Shown: positions 33,926-43,161, numbered from the stretch's first letter. The stretch: DNA of 64,000 nt from Actinomycetota bacterium (GCA_046729975.1 JBKPHS010000157.1:4470-68469), one strand, 5' to 3'. Translations and numbers: made by a program. Notes: a model not told the origin generated them from the letters alone.

Positions 33926-35613
33926 GGACCAGAGGCTAGCGATTGAGCCTCCATCGCCTCGTCCTCACCCTTCGGGTCACGCAGAAATGCCCTCAGGGAT
34001 GCCTCATCGGCGGCCTCGCCGAGCGGAAGCCAGGACGCCTCGTTGGTCGCGAGCCAGGAGCCGACGATGCGCACCTCGTCCACCTCGCCGGCCGGGACGG
34101 CTGTCAGGCTGGGGCGGCGCGCGCTCCTCCCGAGCGCGGCGCGGCTGCGCTCCGCAAGCTCGCCCGGAGGTCGCAGCGGGCCCCAGTCGACGACACGGCC
34201 GGCGACGAGCCAGAAGGCGTCGAAACGCTCCTTCACCGGGTGTGGCGCCAGGACGAGCCGCGAGCATGTGTGTGTCGCCTGCAGCACCCCGCCGAGCCGC
34301 GACAGGACGGCCGACAGCCTGCCGTGACGCCGAAGCAGCACGGCCGCCCGCTCGAACCGCTCGGCCGCCGCCGCCTCCCGCATCTCGTGCTCGATGTGGC
34401 GCAGCAGCAGCGCGCCCGCCTCGCCGTCCTCGTCGAAGAGCGCGAACGCCTGGTCGAGCCGGCGGCGGTAGAGGTTCGGATCGAGGTCGTTGAGGCAGGG
34501 CGAGAGGCAGCGGCCCATCTGCCCGTAGACGGATGGGTGCTCGCGCAGGGCGAGCCCGCGGCCGCAGTGGCGCAGCTGGAACAGCGAGTTCAGCTGGTCC
34601 ACGAGCTCGAGCGCGTCCGCGCGTCCGCGCAGCGGCCCGACGTTGATCGCGTGACCCGCGGCCGGTTCGGGAGCGACCTCGAGGATCGGATAGGCGATGT
34701 CGAGCCGGCATCGCAGGTAGACGTAGCCGTCTGTTCGCTTGAGCTTGACGTTGCCGGGCGGCTGCCAGGCCTTGATCAGCCGGTTCTCGAGCACGAGCGC
34801 CCCGAGCTCCGAGTTCGTCGGCATGTAGTCCACCACCTCGGCACGCTCGGTCCACCCCGACGGCGCGCAGAAATGCGCTCGGGCCCGCGACCGCACCGAG
34901 ACTGACTTGCCCACGTAGAGTGCGCGACCGCGCTCGTCGCGGAACACGTAGACGCCGGGGTCGTCGGGCAGCCTGCTGAGGTCTGGACGGTCGCCCCGCG
35001 GCACGGGGGCGGCCGGCTCGGGCCGCGGCCGCCTGCGGGGAGCGAGCAGCGCCAGCGCCTCCCCCACCGTGGCGGCGCTCGCACACAGCTTCGGGAACAG
35101 CGCGCAGAAGATCCGCGCGCAGGTCTGCGCGTCGACGAGCGCGCGGTGCACCCCCTCGACGTCTATCCCGAGCGATTCCGCCAGCGGCGCGAGCGCCCGC
35201 CGGGTGGCGAGGGGCGCGTAGCGGCGGGCCAGGGCGACGGTGCAGAGGACCGGCGGGTCGGGCCACTCGAGCCCGGCCCGCTCGAACGCCTGCTGGAGGA
35301 CGCGCCGATCGAACGAGGCGCTGTGGGCAACGAGCACCCGCCGCTCGAGCAGGCCGGCCACGGGCCGCAGCGCATCCGCCGCGGGCGGCGCCGAGTCCAC
35401 CATCGCCTGGGTGATGCCGGTGAAGCGCTGGATCCCGCGTGACAGCGGCCGCTCGACCCTCACCAGCGACTCGTACTCGTCGTGCAGCTCACCGCCGCCG
35501 ACCAGTACGCAGCCCACCTCCGTCAGCTCGCACAGCTCGCCCGCGCGGCCATTCGTCTCGACGTCGAGCGCGACGAACTCCGAGCTGGCGAGCGGGTGGG
35601 CGGATAGCCGCAT
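33913..35613 (-). CDS. DEDD 3'-5' exonuclease (DnaQ-like) fused to a GIY-YIG nuclease domain
   Basis: Exo motifs (FVALDVETNG; VAHSASFDRRVL; HRALVDAQTCARIF) followed by GIY-YIG (PGVYVFRDERGRALYVGKS). Confidence 0.8.
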   Translation of the reverse strand: MRLSAHPLASSEFVALDVETNGRAGELCELTEVGCVLVGGGELHDEYESLVRVERPLSRGIQRFTGITQAMVDSAPPAADALRPVAGLLERRVLVAHSASFDRRVLQQAFERAGLEWPDPPVLCTVALARRYAPLATRRALAPLAESLGIDVEGVHRALVDAQTCARIFCALFPKLCASAATVGEALALLAPRRRPRPEPAAPVPRGDRPDLSRLPDDPGVYVFRDERGRALYVGKSVSVRSRARAHFCAPSGWTERAEVVDYMPTNSELGALVLENRLIKAWQPPGNVKLKRTDGYVYLRCRLDIAYPILEVAPEPAAGHAINVGPLRGRADALELVDQLNSLFQLRHCGRGLALREHPSVYGQMGRCLSPCLNDLDPNLYRRRLDQAFALFDEDGEAGALLLRHIEHEMREAAAAERFERAAVLLRRHGRLSAVLSRLGGVLQATHTCSRLVLAPHPVKERFDAFWLVAGRVVDWGPLRPPGELAERSRAALGRSARRPSLTAVPAGEVDEVRIVGSWLATNEASWLPLGEAADEASLRAFLRDPKGEDEAMEAQSLASGPCLR

Positions 35614-35672
35614 GGGCCGGGTGGTCTACGCCCCCGGCCGGACGGCTCGCTAGGTCATTTGCAGGGGCCGGG

Positions 35673-36068
35673 CTACTCGACGGACTCGACGGCTTCGACG
35701 GCCATGTCGAGGCCGTCGACCTGGGCGCAGTGGCCCAGCTCCTCGAGGAAGTCCTGGAGCCGCTGCAGGTGGTCGTACAGGCAGCGGCGGCGGACGTGAA
35801 GGACGGGTATCTCGTTGTGATCGACGGCGCGAGCCTCGCTCTCGCCGATGCGGCCCGGCGCGACCATCAGGTGGCTGATCTGCGTGTCCGCCCCGCCGTG
35901 CCCGAGGTACGTGCTGTCGAGCCATAGCCCCCGGTCCCGTAGCGTCGTGGACAGGACGATGACGTTGAGGCTGGCCTCCGTGAGGATCGTCTCGCTGCGG
36001 GCCGGCGCACCGTCAACGCGAATTCGGCAACTGATCTCGCGGCGCGCCATTCGAAATCCACAGTACAT
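35673..36068 (-). CDS. hypothetical protein (start uncertain: 36107, 36068 or 36050)
   Basis: ORF in a locally less GC-rich stretch. No recognisable motif and a weak SD for all candidate starts. Confidence 0.35.
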   Translation of the reverse strand: MYCGFRMARREISCRIRVDGAPARSETILTEASLNVIVLSTTLRDRGLWLDSTYLGHGGADTQISHLMVAPGRIGESEARAVDHNEIPVLHVRRRCLYDHLQRLQDFLEELGHCAQVDGLDMAVEAVESVE

Positions 36069-36326
36069 GCGATCCCGTGCGCTCGCCAGATGCCTAAGCG
36101 CCGTCATTGCCGCTCATTGGGCGCTTCCGCGGGAGCGATCGCCGGCCACGACGGCGAGCCGGTCTAGCGACCACCGCAGCAGCCGGGACCCCCTCCAATG
36201 CCGCTCCTCGCCGGGTGCCTACCCCGACGTAAGTAAGACAACGGCAAGCCGGCGCAACGCCGGACGCGCTTTCCATCTCGCCTACGCCGCGCTATGGTCG
36301 CCTGAGGAGCTTCGGCGAGGAATGCG

Positions 36327-36824
36327 ATGAGCTGGCAGACCAGCGTGCTGGTGGTGGCGAACGTGACCGCGGGCTCCGACGAGTTGCTCGAAGCGCTCGC
36401 GGCCCGCGCCAAGCACGGCCCGGCGGCCTTCACGCTCGTGGTTCCAGCTCCAGGCGGCGTCGAGGCGCGCGCGAGTGCGCGAGCCCGGCTCGAAGGCGCT
36501 CTCGAGCGGCTGCGGGCGGAAGGCCTCGAGGTCGACGGGCGGCTCGGCGACCCGGACCCGCTCGTAGCGATCAAGGAGGGCTGGGACCCGGCGGCGTTCG
36601 ACGAGATCGTTGTCTGCACGCTTCCGACCGGCGCCTCCCGGTGGCTGCTCGTCGATCTTCCGCATCGAGTCGAGCGGCTCACCGGCGCGCCGGTCACGCA
36701 CGTGGTTGCGCGAGAGCCGCGGCCCCCGGCGCCCACCGTCCCGGCGCCAGAGCACGAGACCCTCGGGGTGCTGTCGCCGCTCCTGCCGCTTGGCTGGGGC
36801 CACGACCGCGAGAAGGCTCGCTGA
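36327..36824 (+). CDS. hypothetical protein (possibly USP / nucleotide-binding alpha-beta fold)
   Basis: 165 aa. VLVVANVTAGSDELLEAL ... FTLVVPA suggests a USP-like strand-helix pattern. Product unverified. Confidence 0.5.
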   Translation: MSWQTSVLVVANVTAGSDELLEALAARAKHGPAAFTLVVPAPGGVEARASARARLEGALERLRAEGLEVDGRLGDPDPLVAIKEGWDPAAFDEIVVCTLPTGASRWLLVDLPHRVERLTGAPVTHVVAREPRPPAPTVPAPEHETLGVLSPLLPLGWGHDREKAR

Positions 36825-36825
36825 A

Positions 36826-37236
36826 ATGCCACCGACGGACCTCGCGGTCGCCGTCGAAAACCAACCCGGGACGCTCGCCAATCTCGGCGAGGCGACCGGT
36901 GGCGCAGGAGTGAACATCGACGGCATCTGCGCGGTGCCCGGCGACGGCGTGGTGCACATCCTCGTGCAGGACGGCGCTGCGGCCCGGGAGGCACTCGAGG
37001 CAGCCGGGCTCGAGATCCAGGAGGAGCGCGAGGTGCTGGTCCTGCGCGGCGGCGTCGATCTGGTCGACAAGCCCGGCGTGGCAGGCGTCATCGCGCGTGC
37101 GATGGCCGACGCCGGCGTGAACATCGACCTGATCTACACCACGCTGAAGGGCGACATCGCGATCGCGACGGACGACATCGAGCGCGCCCGCGAGGCGCAG
37201 AAGCGCGCCGGCGTGCCTGCCGCCGTCGCCTTCTGA
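36826..37236 (+). CDS. tandem ACT-domain protein
   Basis: ATG 36826 lies 2 nt after the upstream stop. LAVAVENQPGTLANL ... VDLVDKPGVAGVIARAMADAGVNI form two ACT-like beta-alpha-beta units. Confidence 0.7.
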   Translation: MPPTDLAVAVENQPGTLANLGEATGGAGVNIDGICAVPGDGVVHILVQDGAAAREALEAAGLEIQEEREVLVLRGGVDLVDKPGVAGVIARAMADAGVNIDLIYTTLKGDIAIATDDIERAREAQKRAGVPAAVAF

Positions 37237-37272
37237 CGCACCCGCTCGCGAGGGCACGGCAAGATTCCGGCG

Positions 37273-38424
37273 GTGACCGCCGAGCTCGCCACGCTCGCGT
37301 CGCGGGGCGGACGCCTCGCCATCGACACCGAGTTCATGTCCGAGGGGCGCTACCGCGCGCTGCTCTGCCTCGCCCAGATCGCCGTGCCGGACCCCGGCGA
37401 GGACGGCGGCGTGCGGACCGAGGTGCTCGACCCGCTCGTGGATGCCCTGGACCCGCGGCCGGTGGCCGCCGCGCTCGCCGACCCGGCGGTGGAGATCACG
37501 GTGCACGCCGGGCGCCAAGACATCGCGATCCTGAGACGGGCCTGGCGCACCGAGGTGACGAACGTGTTCGACACCCAGGTGGCGGCCGGCTTCGTCGGCT
37601 TCGGCCCGCAGGAGCGCTACGAGTCGCTCGTGCGCAGCGTGCTGGGAGTGAAGCTCGGCGGCTCCGAAGGGTTCACTCGCTGGGATCGGCGCCCCCTGAC
37701 CGAGGCGCAGCTCTCATACGCGCGGGCGGACGCCGCACGACTGCTCGAGCTCGGCGGCGTATTGCAGGAGCGGCTGGCGGAGGCCGGCCGGCTGGAGTGG
37801 GCACGCGAGGAGTGCCGGCCGCTCGAGCGCTCGAGCGAAGAGCGCGACCCCGAGCGCACCTTTCAGCGGCTGCCGCGCGTCGGCGGGCTGCGTTCCGAGC
37901 AGCGGGCGGTCGGGTGGACGCTCGTGCAGTGGCGTGAGCGCACGGCGCGGGAGCTGGACCGCCCGATCGGGACAGTGCTTCCCGACCAGGCGCTCGTCGA
38001 GCTGGCCCGGCGGCGGCCCTCCAGCCGGGAGGAGCTCGAGCACATCCGCGGGCTGCCGAAGCCGACCCTCCACCGCCGCCACCGCGAGCTCCTCGACGCG
38101 ATCCGCCAGGGCAGGGGCGTGGAGGTGCCTCCACTGCCCGACGAGCGCGTACGCCCGCGCCCGGCAGACACCCCCCTCGTCTCTCTGACTGCGGCGCTCG
38201 TGCGGCAGCGGTCGCTCGAATCGGGCGTCGCGACGGACCTGATAGCGACCCAATCGGAGCTCGGCCGCCTCGTGGCCGCCGTCCGCGCCGACGAGCCCGA
38301 GCCCGACCTGCCGGTGCTCGCCGGCTGGCGGCGCGAGCTCGTGGGCGGTGAGATCCTCGAGCTGCTCGCTGGACGCAGGGCCCTCGGCGTCAGTCGCGAG
38401 GGTCTCCGGGTCGAGTCGAGCTGA
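37273..38424 (+). CDS. rnd: ribonuclease D (DEDDy 3'-5' exonuclease + HRDC)
   Basis: LAIDTEF ExoI motif, a YARADAARLLEL ExoIII-like motif, and a C-terminal HRDC-like region. Confidence 0.85.
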   Translation: MTAELATLASRGGRLAIDTEFMSEGRYRALLCLAQIAVPDPGEDGGVRTEVLDPLVDALDPRPVAAALADPAVEITVHAGRQDIAILRRAWRTEVTNVFDTQVAAGFVGFGPQERYESLVRSVLGVKLGGSEGFTRWDRRPLTEAQLSYARADAARLLELGGVLQERLAEAGRLEWAREECRPLERSSEERDPERTFQRLPRVGGLRSEQRAVGWTLVQWRERTARELDRPIGTVLPDQALVELARRRPSSREELEHIRGLPKPTLHRRHRELLDAIRQGRGVEVPPLPDERVRPRPADTPLVSLTAALVRQRSLESGVATDLIATQSELGRLVAAVRADEPEPDLPVLAGWRRELVGGEILELLAGRRALGVSREGLRVESS

Positions 38425-38454
38425 GCAGAGCGGGTTTGGCGCGAGCTCGGAGCT

Positions 38455-38724
38455 CTACCGGTCCCGCTGGTCGTGCTTCGGACCCTCGGAGGGGAAGGCC
38501 TCCAGATCCTCGCGCGGGTGAGGCTCGCTCGTGCTCGTGCTGCCGGTGGGCGAGTGCGGCTCGTCGCCGAACGGCTCCTCGTCGGGATCGGGCGGATCGC
38601 GCGGGTCTTCCCGCTTGTCGTAGGGATCCGGCCACTCGTCGGGGTCCGGTTCGCTCGCCGGGTTGTTCAGCGAGTGGTGTGGGTCCAGGTCCTGCGAGCG
38701 GTCGCCGGGATCACGTTCTTCCAT
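38455..38724 (-). CDS. hypothetical 89-aa acidic, Pro/Asp/Glu-rich (probably disordered) protein
   Basis: ORF with an ATG start and a strongly biased composition (DPxDP repeats). Its coding status rests only on ORF length and codon bias. Confidence 0.4.
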   Translation of the reverse strand: MEERDPGDRSQDLDPHHSLNNPASEPDPDEWPDPYDKREDPRDPPDPDEEPFGDEPHSPTGSTSTSEPHPREDLEAFPSEGPKHDQRDR

Positions 38725-38764
38725 GAACGAAAGGGTACGCCCTGGGCCTGGGATGCTTTGGGCG

Positions 38765-39544
38765 ATGGACGTCGACGCCGCGATCGCGGACCTCTACGGC
38801 CTGCCGCTCGAGGAGTTCACGCCGGCCCGTAACGAGCTGGCGAAGCGCCTGCGGCGCGAGGGGGACCGCGAGGCCGCCGGCCGCGTGGCGGGTGCCAAGA
38901 AGGCGACCGCGGCGAGCTGGGCCGCGAACCAGCTGGCGCGCCGCCGCTCGCGCGAGACGCGCGCCCTGATCGACGCGGGCGAGCGCCTGCGCAAGGCGCA
39001 GGCGTCCCTCGGCGGTCGCGACGGCCCGCGGAAGCTTCGCGAGGCGGCGGACGCGGAGCGCGAGGCCGTCGACCGCCTCGTGTCGATGGCTCCGGACCTC
39101 GCCTCCGAGTGGGGCACGCAACTGAGTCCGGCGGCGCTCGAGCGGCTACGCGAGACGCTGCACGCCGCCGCGGGCGACGAGGAGACGCGCGAGCTGCTCA
39201 AGGCCGGCCGGCTGACGGAGGACCGCCGCGCCGTGGGGCTCGGAAGCGCCTTGTCCGGGACACCCGCCCGCACGAAGCGAGCGGCTGAGCCGCCGGCGAA
39301 GCGCGCGGATACCGAGCGCCGCGAGCGGATCGCGGCGCTGAGGAAGCGACTCGACGGGGCCCGGCGAGCGCAGCGCGAGGCTGCGGGCGAGGTGCGGGCG
39401 CGCGAGCGGGAGGAGTCGTCAGCGCGGCGGGCGCTCGAGGCCGCGGAGCGGGCGGCGGAGCGCGCCCGCTCGGGGCTCGCTGAGGCCGAGCGCAAGACCG
39501 AGGCGCTCGAGGACGAGCTCCGCGACACCCGCCGGGCCGGTTAG
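38765..39544 (+). CDS. hypothetical Arg/Ala/Glu-rich helical protein
   Basis: The ATG at 38765 (MDVDAAIADLYGLPLEEFTPARNELAKRLR) is preferred. Earlier in-frame starts overlap the divergent gene. Confidence 0.5.
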   Translation: MDVDAAIADLYGLPLEEFTPARNELAKRLRREGDREAAGRVAGAKKATAASWAANQLARRRSRETRALIDAGERLRKAQASLGGRDGPRKLREAADAEREAVDRLVSMAPDLASEWGTQLSPAALERLRETLHAAAGDEETRELLKAGRLTEDRRAVGLGSALSGTPARTKRAAEPPAKRADTERRERIAALRKRLDGARRAQREAAGEVRAREREESSARRALEAAERAAERARSGLAEAERKTEALEDELRDTRRAG

Positions 39545-39545
39545 C

Positions 39546-40892
39546 TCAGCGCGGCGCCGCCGGCTCGGGCAGCCTCGAGAGCGCCCGGCGATAGCGCCGC
39601 ATCGAGGCGCGGCGGAAGTCCCCGTGCGTCTGGCGGCGGAGTCGCGCCACGCGCTCGCGATGGTACGGGCTCGACAGGCTCTCGTTGTGTCCGATCACGT
39701 TCCGCGTGCTGATCCCGTAGCGCCCTTGAAGCCAGCGCGTGAGCCGCAGTGAGGCACCGAGCTGGCGGCGGTTGCCGAGTACCTGGGCGTCGCTTCGGCC
39801 GACGTGCTCGATCCCGACGGCGGTCCAGTTCAGGCCGACCGTGTGACGGCACATGACCCGGGTCGAGACGAGCTGGTAGATCGCGCCGTCGCGGTCCACG
39901 ACGAAGTGGGCGCACACGCCCGGCAGCTCACCGAGCTCCTGGTCGGGCACGTCGGGCGCGAACGTATTGAAGGCGGCCTCGAACGTGTCAGTCACCGTGT
40001 AGTGCTGGACGATCACCTTCGGATCGCGCAGGCGCCAATCGTCGATGCCGTAATGACGCCGCGCGTAGCGACGCATCTCCGCCCGCCTCTTCGCGCCGAA
40101 CGGGATGCGCCGCCATCTGATCGGCGGCTTGGGACCCGTCTGCGACACGGCCGGCCGCGGCGCGACCGCCCGTGCGAGAGCAAGCACCGCGTTCGCGTGG
40201 CGGCGCACGCCGTCCCGCGGAAGCCGTCCGCGGGGCAGTTCGACCACCATCCCGGTCGTGCCCGGCAGACGGCTGTTCTGCCAGCCGATCGCCGTGCCGG
40301 GCAGAGGCCCCAGCCGGCGCCACGGCAGGCCGCTGCGACGCGCGTAGAGCCGCTCGAGCAGCGGGTCGCCGCCGCCACGCACGACAAGCCGCAGCGCCTG
40401 GTGGTACCAGACCGTGACCTCCGGCCGGATACGCGAGATCAGGCCGTGCGCGATGCGCGACTCGGGCTCGGACAGCGGACGGGGCCCGGGATAGTAGGTG
40501 TCGAAGGGCCTGCCCCCCGCGCGCCAGCGTCGCGGGAAGTTCCGGTTGAGGTCCACGCCGCGGCCGTTCTGGCGCGTGCCCGCGGCGGAGCCGTCGGGGT
40601 TCAAGTCGTCCACGAGCCAGAGCTCGACCCCTGGCGGCGGCCGCGACGAGCGAAGCTGCCGGGTGACCGCGACCCCGGCGCGTTCGTTCCCGTGGATCAC
40701 GCCGACCACGAGCAGCTTGACCGGCTCCGCGGGATCTCCCACGCGGATGGACCGGATCTCGCGACCCTCGGCGGAGCGGCCCAGGAGGTCGGTCTGCCCG
40801 GCCGCGTGGGCGGGCGCAACGACCGCGAGCAGCGCGGCGCATGTCACCAGCTTCGCCAGCGACGCGGTGCGGACCGTTACCGGGACGCCCAC
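39546..40892 (-). CDS. secreted bifunctional peptidoglycan hydrolase: M14 (MpaA-like) carboxypeptidase domain + Amidase_2/PGRP N-acetylmuramoyl-L-alanine amidase domain
   Basis: Signal peptide (LLAVVAPAHAAG). M14 motifs HGNE, NPDG, GVDLNRNF, WYHQ. C-terminal half has IVQHYTVT, AHFVVDRDGAIYQLV, HTVGLNWTAVGIEHVG. Confidence 0.75.
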   Translation of the reverse strand: MGVPVTVRTASLAKLVTCAALLAVVAPAHAAGQTDLLGRSAEGREIRSIRVGDPAEPVKLLVVGVIHGNERAGVAVTRQLRSSRPPPGVELWLVDDLNPDGSAAGTRQNGRGVDLNRNFPRRWRAGGRPFDTYYPGPRPLSEPESRIAHGLISRIRPEVTVWYHQALRLVVRGGGDPLLERLYARRSGLPWRRLGPLPGTAIGWQNSRLPGTTGMVVELPRGRLPRDGVRRHANAVLALARAVAPRPAVSQTGPKPPIRWRRIPFGAKRRAEMRRYARRHYGIDDWRLRDPKVIVQHYTVTDTFEAAFNTFAPDVPDQELGELPGVCAHFVVDRDGAIYQLVSTRVMCRHTVGLNWTAVGIEHVGRSDAQVLGNRRQLGASLRLTRWLQGRYGISTRNVIGHNESLSSPYHRERVARLRRQTHGDFRRASMRRYRRALSRLPEPAAPR

Positions 40893-41074
40893 GGCGATGA
40901 GGATGTCACGGGCAGGATCGCGGACGAGCGGACGGCGTCAGCCCGCGGGGCCGGCGGGCGTTCCGACTCCGACTACCTGCGGCTGGCCTGGCTGGCCAGC
41001 TCACTGGCGACCGTCGGCGGTGCGGTCGGGGCCGCGCTCGAGAGCGGCGCGGCGGTGCGGGAGGCGGCCTACGC

Positions 41075-42502
41075 CTACCGGCCCGAGGAGTGAGCGGGCT
41101 TCGGCTCGAAGGCCACCGCCGCGGGATCGGTCCCGGCGACGCAGGCCTCGGGCAGGGCGGCGCAGCCGAGCCACGCGATCTCGGGCCGGAAGGCCAGCAC
41201 CGCGAGCCCGCCCGCGAGCATCGCGACCCCGTCGACGAGCACCGCTCCCCCGGCCCCCAGCCAGGCGGCGAGGGCCGTTGTTATCAGCGCGCCGATAGGC
41301 AGCACGCCGACGAACGCCGCGGCCCAGATCGCCATCGCGCGAGCGCGCATCTCGTCGGAGCTCGTGGCCTGCACCACGACCGTCGAGAGCCCTACGAACA
41401 CGACGCCCGCGCAGCCGCCGACTACCGCGAGCGCGAGCGATATCGGGATCGAGCCCGAGATCCCGATCAGAGCGATCGCCACCCCGGTCAGGAAGAAGCC
41501 GGCCAGCACCGGCTCACCCTTGTTGGGGCGGCTGGACAGAACGAGCAGCGCCAGCGCGCCGAGCAGCGACCCGAGCCCCACCGCGGCGGTGAGCGCGCCG
41601 AGGGTCGCCGCCCCCGCGTCGAGCTGGAAGCGGACGATGCCGGGCAGCATGAAGGCCACGGGCGGCGTGCCGAAGAGGCCTCCGAGCAGGGTCAGGGCCA
41701 TCAGCGAGGCGATGCTGCGCCGGCCGATCATGTAGCGGAGCGCCTCCCCGATCGACCCGGTCAGGGTCGCTGCTGCGCCCGCCGCCAGCGCGCGGGAGCC
41801 GGGCAGCATCGCGACCGCCCCGAGCACCCCCAGGAAGCTCACGGCGTTCAGCGCGAACACGGCGGTCGGGCCCGACGCCGCGAGCAGGAAGCCCGCGATC
41901 GCCGGTCCGACGAAGCGCGCCAGCTGAAGCGACAGGCTGTTGATTGCGACGGCGCTCTCGAGCTCGTCCGCTGGCACCGTCGACGCGAGCATGCCCTGGA
42001 AGGCCGGAAAGCTGAGCGTCCCGAGGCTGCCGCCGACGACGGCGATCGCCCCCATCAGTGGCACCGTGAGCGAGTCGGTCGCCCACAGGACTGCGAGCAG
42101 TGCCGCCACGGCCATGTTCGCTCCCTGGAATCCGAGCAGCAGCCTGCGCCTGTCGTAGCGGTCGGCCAGCGCTCCCGCAGGAAGGCCGAACACCAGGTTG
42201 GGGATCGTGTTCAGGAAGCCGATCAGGCCGAGCGTCGCCGCCGAGCCGCCGAGCAAGAGGACCACGTAGCCGAAGGCCGCGGCCTCGACCCAGTTGCCGG
42301 TCAGAGAGAACAGCACCCCGGCGGAGTAGCGGCGAAAGCGCGTGCGCCGCAGCGGAGCGAGTGCGCGCGCCCCGGCCTTCCGCGCCGCCTCTGGGCCGGC
42401 GGCCGCCCACTCCTCCGGCCGCGGCGGCAGGCCTCTTAGCCCGGCATGCCCGCCGCGCACCGCGTAGGCCTCGAACCCCCTGTCCCTCAGCCAGAACGCC
42501 AC
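41075..42502 (-). CDS. MFS transporter (12-TM, EntS/MFS_3-like); its N-terminal 20 codons encode the C-terminal end of a rhodanese domain
   Basis: LRRTRFRRYSAGVLFSLTGNW ... is a polytopic MFS pattern. The GTG-initiated ORF begins AFWLRDRGFEAYAVRGGHAG, in the same frame as the 42527-42769 rhodanese ORF and 8 codons downstream of its TGA stop. Confidence 0.8.
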   Translation of the reverse strand: MAFWLRDRGFEAYAVRGGHAGLRGLPPRPEEWAAAGPEAARKAGARALAPLRRTRFRRYSAGVLFSLTGNWVEAAAFGYVVLLLGGSAATLGLIGFLNTIPNLVFGLPAGALADRYDRRRLLLGFQGANMAVAALLAVLWATDSLTVPLMGAIAVVGGSLGTLSFPAFQGMLASTVPADELESAVAINSLSLQLARFVGPAIAGFLLAASGPTAVFALNAVSFLGVLGAVAMLPGSRALAAGAAATLTGSIGEALRYMIGRRSIASLMALTLLGGLFGTPPVAFMLPGIVRFQLDAGAATLGALTAAVGLGSLLGALALLVLSSRPNKGEPVLAGFFLTGVAIALIGISGSIPISLALAVVGGCAGVVFVGLSTVVVQATSSDEMRARAMAIWAAAFVGVLPIGALITTALAAWLGAGGAVLVDGVAMLAGGLAVLAFRPEIAWLGCAALPEACVAGTDPAAVAFEPKPAHSSGR

Positions 42503-42526
42503 ACGGACGCTCGTCGCCTCGCGCAG

Positions 42527-42769
42527 TCAGGTGCAGGCGAGCACGATCGGCACGTCGCGTGGGAAGCCGGCGATCCGCTGGGGGATCTCGTCGGGCGAGA
42601 CCCGGATCGCTCCGTCCAGCGCCGACTCCGGGTCGTCCTGGCGACGTACGTCGATGAGCAGCGCGCCCTCGTCCACGAGCTCGCGCGCGGCGTCGGGCTC
42701 GACGCGAAGCGACGCGGGTCGGAGAGCCGAGGGCAGGTGGAACCGGCGTGTGAGGCGCGCCTCCCTCAT
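42527..42769 (-). CDS. rhodanese-domain ORF ending at an in-frame TGA that aligns with the catalytic Cys position (Sec candidate, nonsense pseudogene, or split fusion)
   Basis: ATG 42769: MREARL...AARELVDEGALLIDVRRQDDPE...DVPIVLACT-TGA. Read-through continues LREATSVRVAFWLRDRGFEAYAVRGG, which completes the rhodanese fold. Confidence 0.6.
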   Translation of the reverse strand: MREARLTRRFHLPSALRPASLRVEPDAARELVDEGALLIDVRRQDDPESALDGAIRVSPDEIPQRIAGFPRDVPIVLACT

Positions 42770-42810
42770 GCGTTCGAGGCTAGCCGAGCCGGGGGGCCGG
42801 CCCGCGGAGC

Positions 42811-43125
42811 CTACGCGCCCGGGGCGGACACCAGCGTGTAGTCGCGCGCCTCGAACTCGTCGCAGAGGGCGCGGCACCTGCCGAGCCGCTCCGCGAACTC
42901 CGGGCTCTCGCGCCATGCCGTCACGGCATCCGGGTCCTCCCACCCGCCAAAAGAGAGGAAGTGGCGGGGGTCGCCCGCGTCCTGGATCAGGTAAAAGGCC
43001 TCGGCCCCACGGGCATTTGCCAGGGACCAGTCGGTGAACTCCGTCCACGCGGTGACAAAGGCGTCTTCGTCGCCTGCCTTCACCACCCAGTTGCCGGACG
43101 TGTACGGCTGCCCGATATTGGCCAT
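42811..43125 (-). CDS. antibiotic biosynthesis monooxygenase (ABM)-like small protein
   Basis: 104 aa with a GGGGAGGG SD upstream of the ATG. FLSFGGWEDPDAVTAWRESPEF is a typical ABM pattern. Confidence 0.6.
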   Translation of the reverse strand: MANIGQPYTSGNWVVKAGDEDAFVTAWTEFTDWSLANARGAEAFYLIQDAGDPRHFLSFGGWEDPDAVTAWRESPEFAERLGRCRALCDEFEARDYTLVSAPGA

Positions 43126-43161
43126 GGTCCCTCCCCAGTTGCGGACGACTTCCGGCGAACC

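Noticed and set aside
40893-41093. Possible small ORF encoding ...DYLRLAWLASSLATVGGAVGAALESGAAVREAAYAYRPEE in the gap between the amidase and MFS genes
   Set aside because: There is no ATG/GTG/TTG in frame within the intergenic part. It is just the tail of an antisense ORF running through the amidase gene.
42440-42526. SECIS element downstream of the in-frame TGA in the rhodanese ORF
   Set aside because: Only a weak, mismatch-rich stem (CGCGAGGCG...CGUGUGGCG) could be drawn by eye. It is not sufficient to claim a SECIS, so the Sec hypothesis is kept only as one of three alternatives in the findings.
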